A stretch of 64,000 nucleotides of DNA from an uncultured bacterium (GCA_963700155.1 OY969472.1:66058-130057), one strand, 5' to 3'; counted from the first letter of the stretch, positions 25,379 through 36,301 are shown. The notes: generated by a model not told the origin, from the letters alone. Numbers and translations are program-made.

Positions 25379-28048
25379 TTAATAGTTTATCGATATCCAT
25401 TTTTTTAAACAATCAAGAACTTCATCTTTTGAAAGGTCTGCTCTTCTCATAATCATCTTTTCATTATTACCTTCTATACCATATCGGACTACAATTTCAG
25501 TATCTCCTCCATTCTCAAAACATTTTTTTAAATTTTGTAACTCACTTTCATCTGTTACACCTCGTATATCAATATTTAATTTTCTTGGTTGATGTAATGT
25601 GTTCCCATGTTCTACTTCATTTACTATAATTGATTTCCTATCGTCGCGAATATTTATTGTACCTCTGATAATTAAAGGTGTTGTTTCGAGAAGCAAATGT
25701 TGAATTTTTTCAAAAGTTCGGGGAAATACAACTGCATCAGCTTTACTTGTGTCATCTTCAAGTGTAAGTATCGCCATCCTTTGATTATCTTTCTTAGTAA
25801 AAGTATATCTTACATTAGAAATAGTACATAGAACTTTAATATTCTTATTGTGTTCTAATTCATCTATTGTGTTTAATTTAACAAATTCTGGGAAAATTCT
25901 TGTCCATCCAAATCTCTGTAAGGGATGAGATGAGATAAAAATTCCTAAAAGCTCTTTTTCCCATTTTATTTTCTCGTTCTCTCTAACAGGATCAACTTCG
26001 GGTAAAGTAGTTGCATTAACTTTTCTTACAACGGGTTCTTCATCACCACCTAAAAGACTAAATAAGTCAGTCTGATTTTCATCAACAGCTTTTGATTTTA
26101 TATTCGCCTTTTGTAAAACTTCTGGCATTACAGTTAAAAGCGCATTCCTATCCCCAAATTCATCTAATGCACCTGAACGTATTAAACTTTCTAATGATCT
26201 TTTATTAATAATATCTGTTCCAACTCTTACTACTAAATCATCCATGCTTGTATATACTCCATTTTCTTCTCTTTCTTTTATAGTCGTTTGACAAACTTTA
26301 ATCCCAACATTTTTTATAGCACCTAACCCAAATCGGATAGAATCTTCGTTTTCAGGGGAGAAGTAAACTTTAGAAGTATTTATATTTGGTGGCAAGACTT
26401 TATAACCCATTCTTTTAGCTTCTTGAATATCAATTGTAACCCTATCTAAATTTTCAAGGTCAGCATGCATCAAAGCTGTCATAAATTCTAAAGGGAAATG
26501 TGCTTTTAAATATGCACATTTATATGCCAACACAGCATACCCAGCAGCATGAGCTTTATTGAATCCATAATCAGCAAATGGCAAAAGCATTTCCCAAAGT
26601 TTATCTGCTACTGCCTGCGAAAAGCCGTTTTTTACGATTCCTTCTTTAAATTTTGGCTCTTCTTTCTTCATTACATCAAGTTTCTTTTTCCCGACGGCTT
26701 TTCGCAGGCTATCAGCTGCACCCATATTATAACCTGCTAAATCTACAGCAACTCTCATCAACTGCTCTTGATAAATCATATATCCATTTGTAACATCAAC
26801 AATATGTTTAAGTTCAGGAATTGGATATTCAGCTTTTTTTAATCCATGTTTTATTTTTATATAGTCAGGGATGTATTTCATGGCACCTGGACGATATGCA
26901 GCAACCATAAAACAGATATCCTCTTGTGTTTCAGGTCTAAGTTCTTTTAGATATTGCTGCATAGGTGGTGACTCAAACTGGAATACACCAATTGTTTCAC
27001 CTTTAGAAAATATGTCAAAGGTTTTTTTATCATCTGAAGGAATATTATAAAAATCTACATTATTTCCATCTTTTCCATTAATTAACTTAAGAGCATAATC
27101 AATAATACCTAATGTTCTTAAACCCAAGAAATCAAATTTCATTAAACCTAACTCTTCAATATATGGACCTTCAAACTGAGTTACAGTTCTACCCTCACCT
27201 CCTCGCTCTTTTTGAAGTGGAACATAGTTTATTATTGGACCTGGAGTAATAAGATGTCCGCAAGCATGTACTGAAGAATGTCTCCCCATATTCTCAATCT
27301 TGCGAACATAATTAGCAAGTTCCTGAAGCTTAGGATTTCCATTTATTATCGAAGAAAATTCTTCATCTGTCTCCATCATCTTGTCTATTGGATAAACTTT
27401 TCCAAATAAAACGTGAACCATTTTAGAAAGCTTATCAGCTAATACTAAATCGATACCCATTACTCTTGCAACATCTCTAATCGCAGCTTTAGTTTTTAAT
27501 CTTCCAATGGCTATAATCGCAGAAACTGCATCTTCACCATATTTTTCTTGAGCATATGCAATAACCTCATCTCTTCTTGTATCTTGAATATCCATATCGA
27601 TATCTGGAGGTGAAGGCCTTTCAGGGTTTAAAAATCTTTCAAAATAAAGTTCCCACTTTAAAGGTTCAACCTCAACAATTTCAAGACAATGAGCAACAAC
27701 ACTTCCTGCAACAGAACCTCGTACTCCCATAAGGATTCCCTGGCTTGCTGACCATTTCATTAAGTCAGAAACTACAAGAAAATAATCATCGTATCCTTTG
27801 TCATGAATAACACCTAATTCATATTCAATTCTTTCAAATAAATCATCACCTAAATAATCTTTTAAAGTTTCATAATTTGCATTATCAATTTCTTGAAGCA
27901 TAAAATCATTAGTTAATGACTTTTTCTCATGACGATATTTAGAATCTTTATATTTTATTATTGCACCTTGATAAGTCTGCTTTTTTAAGTTCATCTCCTG
28001 CAGTGCTTCCTTTTGGTACATTCCAAAACTTTGGCTGAACTCTGTCAA
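25379..28048 (-). CDS. dnaE: DNA polymerase III alpha subunit, polymerase core and C-terminal part (in a different frame from the PHP part)
   Basis: DnaE palm/fingers motifs (GYDDYFLVVSDLM, FDFLGLRTL, KAHAAGYAVLAYKCAYLKAHFP). Confidence 0.8.
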   Translation of the reverse strand: MTEFSQSFGMYQKEALQEMNLKKQTYQGAIIKYKDSKYRHEKKSLTNDFMLQEIDNANYETLKDYLGDDLFERIEYELGVIHDKGYDDYFLVVSDLMKWSASQGILMGVRGSVAGSVVAHCLEIVEVEPLKWELYFERFLNPERPSPPDIDMDIQDTRRDEVIAYAQEKYGEDAVSAIIAIGRLKTKAAIRDVARVMGIDLVLADKLSKMVHVLFGKVYPIDKMMETDEEFSSIINGNPKLQELANYVRKIENMGRHSSVHACGHLITPGPIINYVPLQKERGGEGRTVTQFEGPYIEELGLMKFDFLGLRTLGIIDYALKLINGKDGNNVDFYNIPSDDKKTFDIFSKGETIGVFQFESPPMQQYLKELRPETQEDICFMVAAYRPGAMKYIPDYIKIKHGLKKAEYPIPELKHIVDVTNGYMIYQEQLMRVAVDLAGYNMGAADSLRKAVGKKKLDVMKKEEPKFKEGIVKNGFSQAVADKLWEMLLPFADYGFNKAHAAGYAVLAYKCAYLKAHFPLEFMTALMHADLENLDRVTIDIQEAKRMGYKVLPPNINTSKVYFSPENEDSIRFGLGAIKNVGIKVCQTTIKEREENGVYTSMDDLVVRVGTDIINKRSLESLIRSGALDEFGDRNALLTVMPEVLQKANIKSKAVDENQTDLFSLLGGDEEPVVRKVNATTLPEVDPVRENEKIKWEKELLGIFISSHPLQRFGWTRIFPEFVKLNTIDELEHNKNIKVLCTISNVRYTFTKKDNQRMAILTLEDDTSKADAVVFPRTFEKIQHLLLETTPLIIRGTINIRDDRKSIIVNEVEHGNTLHQPRKLNIDIRGVTDESELQNLKKCFENGGDTEIVVRYGIEGNNEKMIMRRADLSKDEVLDCLKKWISINY

Positions 28049-28964
28049 AAGCTATACTATAATCTTCTATTTGTTCAGATATTTTCATTGTATTTTCTAC
28101 TGCGGAGATTTCATCGGAAAACTTCTCTTCCATCTCTTCAGATGATGTTATATAAGTCCCAACGTAACCTTTTCTACAAGTTTCATCTGAGAGAAGTTTT
28201 CCGTCTTTTATTGCAAATAGTACTGTTTGAACATCTTTATCTTCAGCGTCTAAATAATGAGCGTCTGTAGTGGCTACAAGCGGAAGTTTATATTTGTCTG
28301 CGAATTCTCTTAGCTTTAAATTCGCGAATTTCTGTTGTCTTGCATCATCAATAGATTCTTCACCTGAGTCATCATTTAAGTTTGAGCTAATTCTCGACTT
28401 TTCACCACTAGTTAAATCATCACTTCCATTAAAGCCATGACGCTGCAATTCTAAATAAAAGTTATCTTTAAAAGTATTACTAAAGAATTGCAGCCATTCT
28501 TCTGCTTTATCAAATTCTTTTCTTAAAATATGCCTTGATAATGGGCCAGCCATACATGCTGAAGTACAAATGATGCCTTCAGAATATTTTTGTAAAATTT
28601 CTCTATCAACTCTAGGTCTATAATACATCCCCTCTAACTGTCCAATACTTACAATTTTTAATAAATTTTGATAACCAGTAAAATTCTTAGCAAGAAGTAA
28701 TAAATGATAATATTTTATACCACCGACTGTCTCTCTAAGAGTTCTCTCTTTTGGTGCAAGATAAATTTCGCAACCGATTATCGGTTTTATATGAAAATCT
28801 TTGGAATATTTCCAGAATTCAGCCATTCCATACATAACGCCATGGTCAGTTAAAGCTACAGAATCCATTCCAAGTTTTTGGACTTTATCTAAAAGTTTTG
28901 GGATTCGATTAACACCATCCAATAATGAATATTCTGAGTGTACGTGTAAATGTGTGAACGACAT
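27948..28964 (-). CDS. dnaE: DNA polymerase III alpha subunit, N-terminal PHP domain part
   Basis: FTHLHVHSEYSLLDG PHP signature; overlaps the next dnaE ORF by 101 nt in another frame, with an A6 run in the overlap. Confidence 0.8.
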   Translation of the reverse strand: MSFTHLHVHSEYSLLDGVNRIPKLLDKVQKLGMDSVALTDHGVMYGMAEFWKYSKDFHIKPIIGCEIYLAPKERTLRETVGGIKYYHLLLLAKNFTGYQNLLKIVSIGQLEGMYYRPRVDREILQKYSEGIICTSACMAGPLSRHILRKEFDKAEEWLQFFSNTFKDNFYLELQRHGFNGSDDLTSGEKSRISSNLNDDSGEESIDDARQQKFANLKLREFADKYKLPLVATTDAHYLDAEDKDVQTVLFAIKDGKLLSDETCRKGYVGTYITSSEEMEEKFSDEISAVENTMKISEQIEDYSIAFDRVQPKFWNVPKGSTAGDELKKADLSRCNNKI

Positions 28965-29102
28965 AATAAAGGAATTTTTTGTTAGAAATTTATCTTCATT
29001 ATTACATGAGAACTTAAAATTTTCTAGACAAAATTTTTCTAAGTTGCAGGGCTCCTCCGATCTCCTGCAACAACTAAAAAGATTCTTGCAGCGGATGAGC
29101 CC

Positions 29103-29213
29103 TTACGGGGACCAGCGGAGAATCTGCGGATTATTTGCTATAGCAACACCTATCAGAATTCCTAATAGAACAACAGCTAATAAAGCTGTTGCCATAGCTT
29201 TATAACTTTTCAT
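29103..29213 (-). CDS. small hydrophobic peptide (36 aa) with strong SD, locally GC-rich
   Basis: GGAAGGAGGAG 6 nt before ATG; MKSYKAMATALLAVVLLGILIGVAIANNPQILRWSP; followed by an imperfect GC hairpin. Confidence 0.3.
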   Translation of the reverse strand: MKSYKAMATALLAVVLLGILIGVAIANNPQILRWSP

Positions 29214-29461
29214 TGTGACTCCTCCTTCCCGTTTGGGAAATTATAGCACTAATGAATACTAGTTTTTTGTAATAGATATTTCTGACCATTCAATAGTCTT
29301 GGAATATTTTTTGACCAAACATTATACGAGTTGTTGCTTCTATGAGTGGAAAGAAACTAAAGGTAAATAAGGAAACAATATTTAATAGTGGTTATGTAGC
29401 ATAATTATATTACAACCTAAAATCTTAACTGATATAATAAATCGGAATTTAATATCTATCT

Positions 29462-30979
29462 ATGAATCAAAGAATAAAAACTTTATTTAAGAAGAAAAAT
29501 ATATTTTTATATTTAATCATTTGTTTATTACTACTCTATTTGGTATTTCAATTAAATATCTTTAGAAATTTCACTTGGCAGAATTATATCTATATTCATC
29601 AAGATTTCTGGAGAAGGATGATAGATGCACAGTATTACTTAGGATTAAGAGCTGATCCACAATTTCATCCACCAATTCCTTCTTTGATCTTCTCATTATT
29701 TATTTTACTTAAAAATAATCAGCTGTTTATAATAAATTTTATTTCAAATACTTTATTTGCATTTTTAATATTTATCATTTGCAGAAAATTTACTAAGAAT
29801 TCTATTGCAGCTTTTGTAACATCTATTTTTTACCTAACGAATTATTCTATAATAAATCAGGCAAATTATCTTGGTCTTTATGATCTTCTAGCCAGTTTTG
29901 TAATAACTTTAGGTGTCTTTTTGTTTATTATCAAATCTAGGTCATTAAAGTGGAATTTTATTGTTGGAATTATTTTAGGTTTTGCTGGGCTGATTCAATA
30001 CTCTGGTATTTTCTCAATACCATTAATAATTCTATTAATAATTTTTGATAAGAATCTATCAAAACAAAATAAAATTAGAAATTGTTTAACTTTAATACTT
30101 TCATCAGGAATAATTTTTTCAACTTTTTTTATTTATAGATTTCTATTTTTCGGCAATCCTTTATATTCCCAAGTTGAACATTTTGGTTTTATTGGTTTTA
30201 AACTTTCGAGTCTAGTTTATTATATATTTGCAATTCCTGCATTTTTTAAAATTCCTGTAGTTTTGGTCTCTTTAGGAGGTTTATATAAAATAATAAGAAG
30301 CAAATCTCACTTTAAATTTATTCTTTTAATTTTGCCTTCTGTAATCTTTTTTCTATTTTTATATACTTGGATTGATTGGAGGTTTATGGTTTATTTTATT
30401 CCCATTATTTACTTACTATTCTGTGAAGGATTAATATTTCTTAAACCTTTAATACTAAAAAATAAGATTATTTTTACTAGCTCTATTATTTTTGGAATAA
30501 TTGCAATTGCTTATAACAACCTTTATTCAATTGGGAACTTTGGAATTATTACTGGATTAAATTCTATAATCTCTGAAGACATTAATTATAATAATGGGAA
30601 TCAGTCTTATAGATTTAATAACATTACTCTTGAATCTAATTTTATACCTTACTTTTTAACAGACATCACAAAGATAAATGGTAATGATTCTGAATTAAAT
30701 TATTTCAATAACATTGTAAACTACCAGAATGTGCTCGATATTAAAAATATAATAAAAGAAAGTAGTTTTGAATTAGAACTAAATGATGAAATATTTGTAA
30801 GAGATCATCAATTTAAGGTTGCTTTTGGAAGAGAAGTCCTTTTAAATCCTTCAGTTGAACAAGTTGAAATGTCTGATTTTATCATTAGTGATCATATCCT
30901 ATCTGATAAAAGAACAAAAGAATATACTTTATTAAAACAATTTAACACACTTTATCTTTATACTTTGGTAAAGAATTAA
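29462..30979 (+). CDS. polytopic membrane protein, possibly GT39/GT83-type (ArnT/PMT-like) glycosyltransferase
   Basis: about 11 predicted TM helices with large loops; weak family-level resemblance only. Confidence 0.3.
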   Translation: MNQRIKTLFKKKNIFLYLIICLLLLYLVFQLNIFRNFTWQNYIYIHQDFWRRMIDAQYYLGLRADPQFHPPIPSLIFSLFILLKNNQLFIINFISNTLFAFLIFIICRKFTKNSIAAFVTSIFYLTNYSIINQANYLGLYDLLASFVITLGVFLFIIKSRSLKWNFIVGIILGFAGLIQYSGIFSIPLIILLIIFDKNLSKQNKIRNCLTLILSSGIIFSTFFIYRFLFFGNPLYSQVEHFGFIGFKLSSLVYYIFAIPAFFKIPVVLVSLGGLYKIIRSKSHFKFILLILPSVIFFLFLYTWIDWRFMVYFIPIIYLLFCEGLIFLKPLILKNKIIFTSSIIFGIIAIAYNNLYSIGNFGIITGLNSIISEDINYNNGNQSYRFNNITLESNFIPYFLTDITKINGNDSELNYFNNIVNYQNVLDIKNIIKESSFELELNDEIFVRDHQFKVAFGREVLLNPSVEQVEMSDFIISDHILSDKRTKEYTLLKQFNTLYLYTLVKN

Positions 30980-32541
30980 TGATTAGCAATAGACTTCTCA
31001 GACCATTTAATAGTTTTTGTATGTTTTTGACCTAACATCATTCTTGTTGTAGCTTCTATAAAAGGAAAAAAACTAAAAGTGAACAGTGAGACAATATTTA
31101 AAGGAATTTCTGCTAACATAATAAATAAAAACTTTAATCCTGACATATTTTTTGGTTTTTCAGGTATGACCAAGAATTTATAAAAAGTTGTAGGTAATAA
31201 TAATAAAACAGTAATACTCATAATTGCGGAAATTGTAGTTGGGACAGTATAAGCAAGTACATAATTATTTAGTTGATAGTTGATTAAAAAAACTATTGGT
31301 AAACCAAAAGCCATTAAAAACGCAAACACTTTCCAAAAAACAAAAACTTGGAATAAATGAAATACTTTACTTATCCTTTCGAAAATATTTACATGTAGTT
31401 TTGGACTTAATAATATTTTTAATGCAATTGGAACGCTTATTACTCCCCATCCCCATCTTAAATACTGACTGTATTGTGCTTTATGATTTTTCATATATCC
31501 TTGTTCATAAATTGCATCTGCACTAAGAGGTACAAAAAATACTTCACACTTCCAATCACCATGTAGATAAAAATAAGGTCTCCAATAAAAAGTTGTATCA
31601 TCAATACCTAATGATGTATCCCAATAATTAACATCTTTCATTAGTTTTAAATTCAAAGTGTAACATGACCAAGTTTCTCTTTTGTCTTTCTCTAAAACTG
31701 AAGAAGCCAGAACTGGAAGAGTTAAACTGATTGCAATGATTCGAATCAAAGCCGGTACATCCCAATAATTATTATTAAAAGTATATATTGCTGTTTGGTA
31801 GAATTTATTATTTCTTTTTACTGAAATCAGCCATTGATATGCCGAAGCTGCAAGATATTCTTTGTGGAATACTAAATCTCCATCAGGAGCTGTAATAAGA
31901 AATTTGCTAATATCTTCTCCTCTTTTCTCAAGTTCAGCAACAGCATTTCTTGTTCCCCAGGTTCTATTTGCAGCAGCACCTATTGCTTCTCCAGGAATAT
32001 CATCTGGATGTGTAAATACCATTAATCTATCTCCAAAAAAATCACCGAAATCTTCTCGAAGCTGCTTTTCTCTTTGTGCATATATTGGATCCTTTTTGGC
32101 TTTCCTTGCCTCAATAGAAACTGAAAGATAAATTAGTTCTTTTGGATAATTTTGATTAACTAATGCCTGAATGCTTCGTTTTAGTACAGGATATTCTTCA
32201 CCATAATGAGCTATGACTATTAGATATTTAGGAAGAACTCCTTCCGTAGGAAGGAGTTCTTCCTGTGGAAGCTGTTCTCTCTTAAGTTCTAAACAATTTT
32301 TCTTCCAATCTATATTTATATCTTTCTTATACCTTGCAAATCCTATTACAACTCCAATTGCAGTAAATATTGCCCTGTAAAGCCAATATACAGAAAGAAC
32401 AACCAATATATTAATAATTAAATATGAAATTGTATTTCCGGCAAGTCCTGCAATTATTGGAGAAAGTAATAATAACCAAAGTAAAACTCCGGGTATAATT
32501 TCTAAAAACCTTTCAAATCTATCGTTGGAATCTTCTTTCAT
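30976..32541 (-). CDS. GT2 processive glycosyltransferase (cellulose/chitin-synthase-like)
   Basis: DGD and QYLRWGWG (QxxRW) motifs flanked by TM helices. Confidence 0.55.
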   Translation of the reverse strand: MKEDSNDRFERFLEIIPGVLLWLLLLSPIIAGLAGNTISYLIINILVVLSVYWLYRAIFTAIGVVIGFARYKKDINIDWKKNCLELKREQLPQEELLPTEGVLPKYLIVIAHYGEEYPVLKRSIQALVNQNYPKELIYLSVSIEARKAKKDPIYAQREKQLREDFGDFFGDRLMVFTHPDDIPGEAIGAAANRTWGTRNAVAELEKRGEDISKFLITAPDGDLVFHKEYLAASAYQWLISVKRNNKFYQTAIYTFNNNYWDVPALIRIIAISLTLPVLASSVLEKDKRETWSCYTLNLKLMKDVNYWDTSLGIDDTTFYWRPYFYLHGDWKCEVFFVPLSADAIYEQGYMKNHKAQYSQYLRWGWGVISVPIALKILLSPKLHVNIFERISKVFHLFQVFVFWKVFAFLMAFGLPIVFLINYQLNNYVLAYTVPTTISAIMSITVLLLLPTTFYKFLVIPEKPKNMSGLKFLFIMLAEIPLNIVSLFTFSFFPFIEATTRMMLGQKHTKTIKWSEKSIANH

Positions 32542-32612
32542 AACTTACAGTAGTTAATTCTAATGCATAAATTGTGTTAAGATATTTTGATTAATTTAAA
32601 ATTTTTGGGCAA

Positions 32613-32990
32613 ATGAATAACCAAAATAGCATAACTGATAATACACCGAAAAATTCATCTGTACAAACTTCAGAAAGGACAACAGTTGATGATATTAGAA
32701 AAAAAATTAAGGTAGAAGAAATTGAAGCAGGAATTTTTAGAGCAACAACTGATTCAAGTAACTATATTATTGAATATGATATGAATAAATGTATTGGTGC
32801 TGCATCATGCGCGGTTCTTGCTCCTTTGACATTTTTTATGAATGAAGAGAACCGCGCAGAAATCAAAGATGATGGTACTTGGGATAATGATGAATTAATT
32901 CTAAGTGCCGCAGAATCATGTCCAGTTCTTGCAATAAAAATTATTGATAAACGAACTGAAGATATAATTTTTCCAGTAGATGATATTTAA
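32613..32990 (+). CDS. ferredoxin-like protein with a single 4Fe-4S cluster
   Basis: CIGAASCAVLAP ... AESCPVLAI cysteine pattern typical of mono-cluster Fer4 domains. Confidence 0.45.
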   Translation: MNNQNSITDNTPKNSSVQTSERTTVDDIRKKIKVEEIEAGIFRATTDSSNYIIEYDMNKCIGAASCAVLAPLTFFMNEENRAEIKDDGTWDNDELILSAAESCPVLAIKIIDKRTEDIIFPVDDI

Positions 32991-34240
32991 CAGTCTTTTC
33001 TTATCGGAAAACTTAGTTTGAAATTTGATCCTTTTTTACTATTATCAAGTAATATTTCACCATTAAGTGATTTTACTGCCTTTTCTGCTATGGAAAGTCC
33101 TAGTCCTGAACCGAATGGGTTTACTTTCTGTGCATTTTGACCTCTATAAAATTTTTGGAAGATGTGAGGCTGCTCATTTTCAGGAATTCCGATACCTGCA
33201 TCTGAAACTATGATAATAATATTAGAATCATCTTTTTTTAAATCAATATTAATATTCCCATTATTAGAATATTCTGCTGCATTGGATATTATTGGCATTA
33301 AAGCATAATAAATTAGATCATTTGTTCCGCAAATAATAATATCTTCATCAATATTTGAACTAAATTTTATTTTAAATTTATTCGCTAGCTCTCCCTTGCT
33401 GACAAGCTCTTTAATATATTTTACTATTCTTATCTTATTATTATTTTCATCAACATTTAAGCTATCAATTTTATTTATTGTGAGAATGTTATTTATCATT
33501 GAACTTAAAACTCTTGTTGATCTTAAGATTTCATTAAAGAATTTCTCTCTATCTTTGGTAGAAACTTTAGATTTAATCATTTCATCTACAATTTTATCGA
33601 TATGATTTAAAGAAGATTGTATTGTCTTAAAAGATAAATCTCTAAATTCATTTTTTTTATTTTCTTCATTCCTCTGGTTAGTAATATCTCTTTCAATCCC
33701 TACATAAAATTGAATATTACCTTCCGTATTAAGTATTGGAGCGATACTCACTGCTGCAGTATAAAGTTGACCATTTTTTCTTTTATTTATAACTTCGCTA
33801 ACAAAAGGAATCTTCTTTATACTTATAGTATCCCAAAGTTTTTCATAATAAGGTTTATTCATTCTACCTCCCCATAGATCTTTACTCCCAGCTTTCTTAC
33901 CAATCATCTCATTTAGATCAAAGCCTGTTATTTTTGAAGCTGCTCTATTAGCATAAAGTATTTTCCCCTGAGGATCAGTTACAATTATATGGTCTGAAGC
34001 ATTATCAAAAGCAAGTTTAAGAGCTCCCAACTTATTCTTTATTAACAGCTTTTCCCATGGATCATTAGCTGTAACAAATTCATCATCACCTAATGCTGCA
34101 ATTTTTACCAAATGATCAATTTGTCCACATCTACTGCATTTGGTTTCTATCATCCCATTTTCAAAAGTACCTTTATAAAGAAGCTTGTTACATTTGGAGC
34201 ACCGGTGTTCAAAAGATTTTTCGTCCATAATTAGGCTCAA
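32987..34240 (-). CDS. cytoplasmic PAS sensor histidine-kinase-like protein with N-terminal zinc ribbon
   Basis: CSKCN...CSRCG zinc ribbon; PAS (DHIIVTDPQGKILYANRAASKITG); HATPase N/G1/G2 boxes (DAGIGI, GSGLGL); H-box not canonical. Confidence 0.55.
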   Translation of the reverse strand: MSLIMDEKSFEHRCSKCNKLLYKGTFENGMIETKCSRCGQIDHLVKIAALGDDEFVTANDPWEKLLIKNKLGALKLAFDNASDHIIVTDPQGKILYANRAASKITGFDLNEMIGKKAGSKDLWGGRMNKPYYEKLWDTISIKKIPFVSEVINKRKNGQLYTAAVSIAPILNTEGNIQFYVGIERDITNQRNEENKKNEFRDLSFKTIQSSLNHIDKIVDEMIKSKVSTKDREKFFNEILRSTRVLSSMINNILTINKIDSLNVDENNNKIRIVKYIKELVSKGELANKFKIKFSSNIDEDIIICGTNDLIYYALMPIISNAAEYSNNGNINIDLKKDDSNIIIIVSDAGIGIPENEQPHIFQKFYRGQNAQKVNPFGSGLGLSIAEKAVKSLNGEILLDNSKKGSNFKLSFPIRKDC

Positions 34241-34353
34241 AGCAGTAAAATTTATATTAGGACTTCTAATGAGCCTCTTTCTTAAAATAATATTTCTTAA
34301 ATTGATACTATTAAATAGTATTATTTTTAGACTTTAAATACAAACATTTTAGG

Positions 34354-35415
34354 TTATATTATGTAAACCTTCTGAGCTTTTTTCATAGCTTCATTATATT
34401 TGGATATAGCTTCCAATAAAGAAACATTATTAATAATTCCACCACCTGCTTTTTTATGTCCTTTTAGATCAAAACCATAAGGGGATAATACTTCTGTAAG
34501 ATCAATATTGGCATTATAATTTTTCACACGATATATAAGTTTCACACTTTTAAGATCATTATTTACAGTCAAAATTAAACTGTATGGATAATCTTCAACC
34601 ATTCTCATAACTTGATTAACATAATACCTTGATAAATTCTTAGACTCCCACTCTTCACCAAACGTATTATTTAAATAACTTTTTTTATCCATATCAATCT
34701 CCAAAATAGAAGTCATTGATTCTTTGTAATATTTTGTATTTTCTATTGCCCATGCTGTGAAATCCATCATTTCCTTAGGGATTGAGAGATCAACTGCTTT
34801 ATAATGATCTGCTCCTAAATCAATTAGTTGCTGTGCAAAAGAGAAAGTATCTTTAAAAATTGCATGACTAAATACTCCTGTATCCCCTATCAAAGCCATA
34901 TAAATATATTGAATTACTTCTTGTGGGATATTTATATCTTCATCTTTTAGGAAATAATCATAAAAAACTTTTGCAGTACATGAATCTAACTTTCTTACAG
35001 TAGAATCGGCAATTTCTTCTTCTATTTTTCCAGAAAGGTGATGATCAATACTAACAAATTTATCTAAAGAAGTTAAAGCCATCACCTTCTTGTAATCATT
35101 AGTAAGAAATTGCCGAAATTCATTACCATCGGGGAGTATTATTAAGTCATAATAATTAAAATCAACTTCATTAACATATCTCTGTTCTACAAAATCGATA
35201 TTAGGAAAATGTTTAATATGATCTGGAATGGTTGTAAAAGTATAAGTTGAAACTTCTTTTTTCAAGATATTTTCTAAATACCACCTTATTATCAGAGTTG
35301 TGCCTAAACAATCATAATCTATTGGTCTAGAAGCAATAATTAAAATTGTATTAGCATTACTAATTTTCTTCTTAATATTATTAACCATTGTGAGTAACAA
35401 GTCTGATTCATCCAT
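34354..35415 (-). CDS. DHH/DHHA1 phosphoesterase (NrnA-like)
   Basis: DHH motif SIDHHLSG and DHHA1 GHKKAGGG. Confidence 0.5.
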   Translation of the reverse strand: MDESDLLLTMVNNIKKKISNANTILIIASRPIDYDCLGTTLIIRWYLENILKKEVSTYTFTTIPDHIKHFPNIDFVEQRYVNEVDFNYYDLIILPDGNEFRQFLTNDYKKVMALTSLDKFVSIDHHLSGKIEEEIADSTVRKLDSCTAKVFYDYFLKDEDINIPQEVIQYIYMALIGDTGVFSHAIFKDTFSFAQQLIDLGADHYKAVDLSIPKEMMDFTAWAIENTKYYKESMTSILEIDMDKKSYLNNTFGEEWESKNLSRYYVNQVMRMVEDYPYSLILTVNNDLKSVKLIYRVKNYNANIDLTEVLSPYGFDLKGHKKAGGGIINNVSLLEAISKYNEAMKKAQKVYII

Positions 35416-35448
35416 ATACGGTAATTATAAATGAAGAAATAAGTCTGA

Positions 35449-36018
35449 TTATTGTGCAGTAACATCGATCTCAATTAATTTTTCATATTTTATGCTGTCA
35501 AGGAAGACATCTACCACAACCCTATAATGACCAGGATCTAACTTAACAGTAACTCCTCCAGGCTTATTTTGACTTAAATTTAGTTCAACTTCAGTATCAA
35601 CACTATTACTTGCAAAAGTCCAATAAATATCAAACTGATTTTCAGGATTTCCTCCCCAATCACTACCATTAATCTTAGGAACAGCATTAAATAAATAATC
35701 TCCACCACCTTTATTTTGATAGTTAATATCTGCTGTCAACTCTCTATTTGCACTTACATCTGAGACTCCAGTGGAATTTCTGTTTGCATAAAATATAACT
35801 CCATAACTACCTACTAATAATCCAATTGCTAAAAATACCGCTAACGGTTTACCTAAAAATCCATATCTTGGTTTTTGAAGTTCATTAATTCTTTTATTTT
35901 GAGAGATAATAATAAAACTCATTACAGCAATAATTACTGTGACTATAACGAAAATTCCTACATACGTTGCATATTCTTTATCTATTAATCCCTGTTTTAT
36001 CTGTTCTAATGGATCCAT
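35449..36018 (-). CDS. membrane-anchored hypothetical protein
   Basis: single N-terminal TM helix; no motif. Confidence 0.3.
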   Translation of the reverse strand: MDPLEQIKQGLIDKEYATYVGIFVIVTVIIAVMSFIIISQNKRINELQKPRYGFLGKPLAVFLAIGLLVGSYGVIFYANRNSTGVSDVSANRELTADINYQNKGGGDYLFNAVPKINGSDWGGNPENQFDIYWTFASNSVDTEVELNLSQNKPGGVTVKLDPGHYRVVVDVFLDSIKYEKLIEIDVTAQ

Positions 36019-36227
36019 ATTTACTTAATGTATTTTAATTATATAATTGTAAAGTATAATAAAAAGTTTTGGAAGTAAATTTTTAAATTACCTTAAATGC
36101 CAAAACTAAACCAGAAAAACAAATGCAACAAATTAAAAATAAGACTATAAATATTATAATTGCTAACCCAGTCATTATTTTCTGATCCTTTGTTTTTTGC
36201 ATTAACCTTTAGTAATAAACTATACTT

Positions 36228-36301
36228 TGGAGTCGATGAGACTCGAACTCACACTCCCTGCTATGCCATAGCAGTGCTTTAGCCAGTTAAGCTACGACCC
36301 C
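36228..36301 (-). tRNA. tRNA-Ala (anticodon GGC)
   Basis: cloverleaf folds by hand: anticodon loop AUGGCAU, G3:U70 Ala identity pair, T-loop TTCGAGT; no encoded CCA. Confidence 0.8.

Noticed and set aside
28801-29205. 134-aa plus-strand ORF overlapping the dnaE 5' end
   Set aside because: It is antisense to the dnaE PHP domain and to the small minus-strand peptide ORF and has no SD, so it is spurious.
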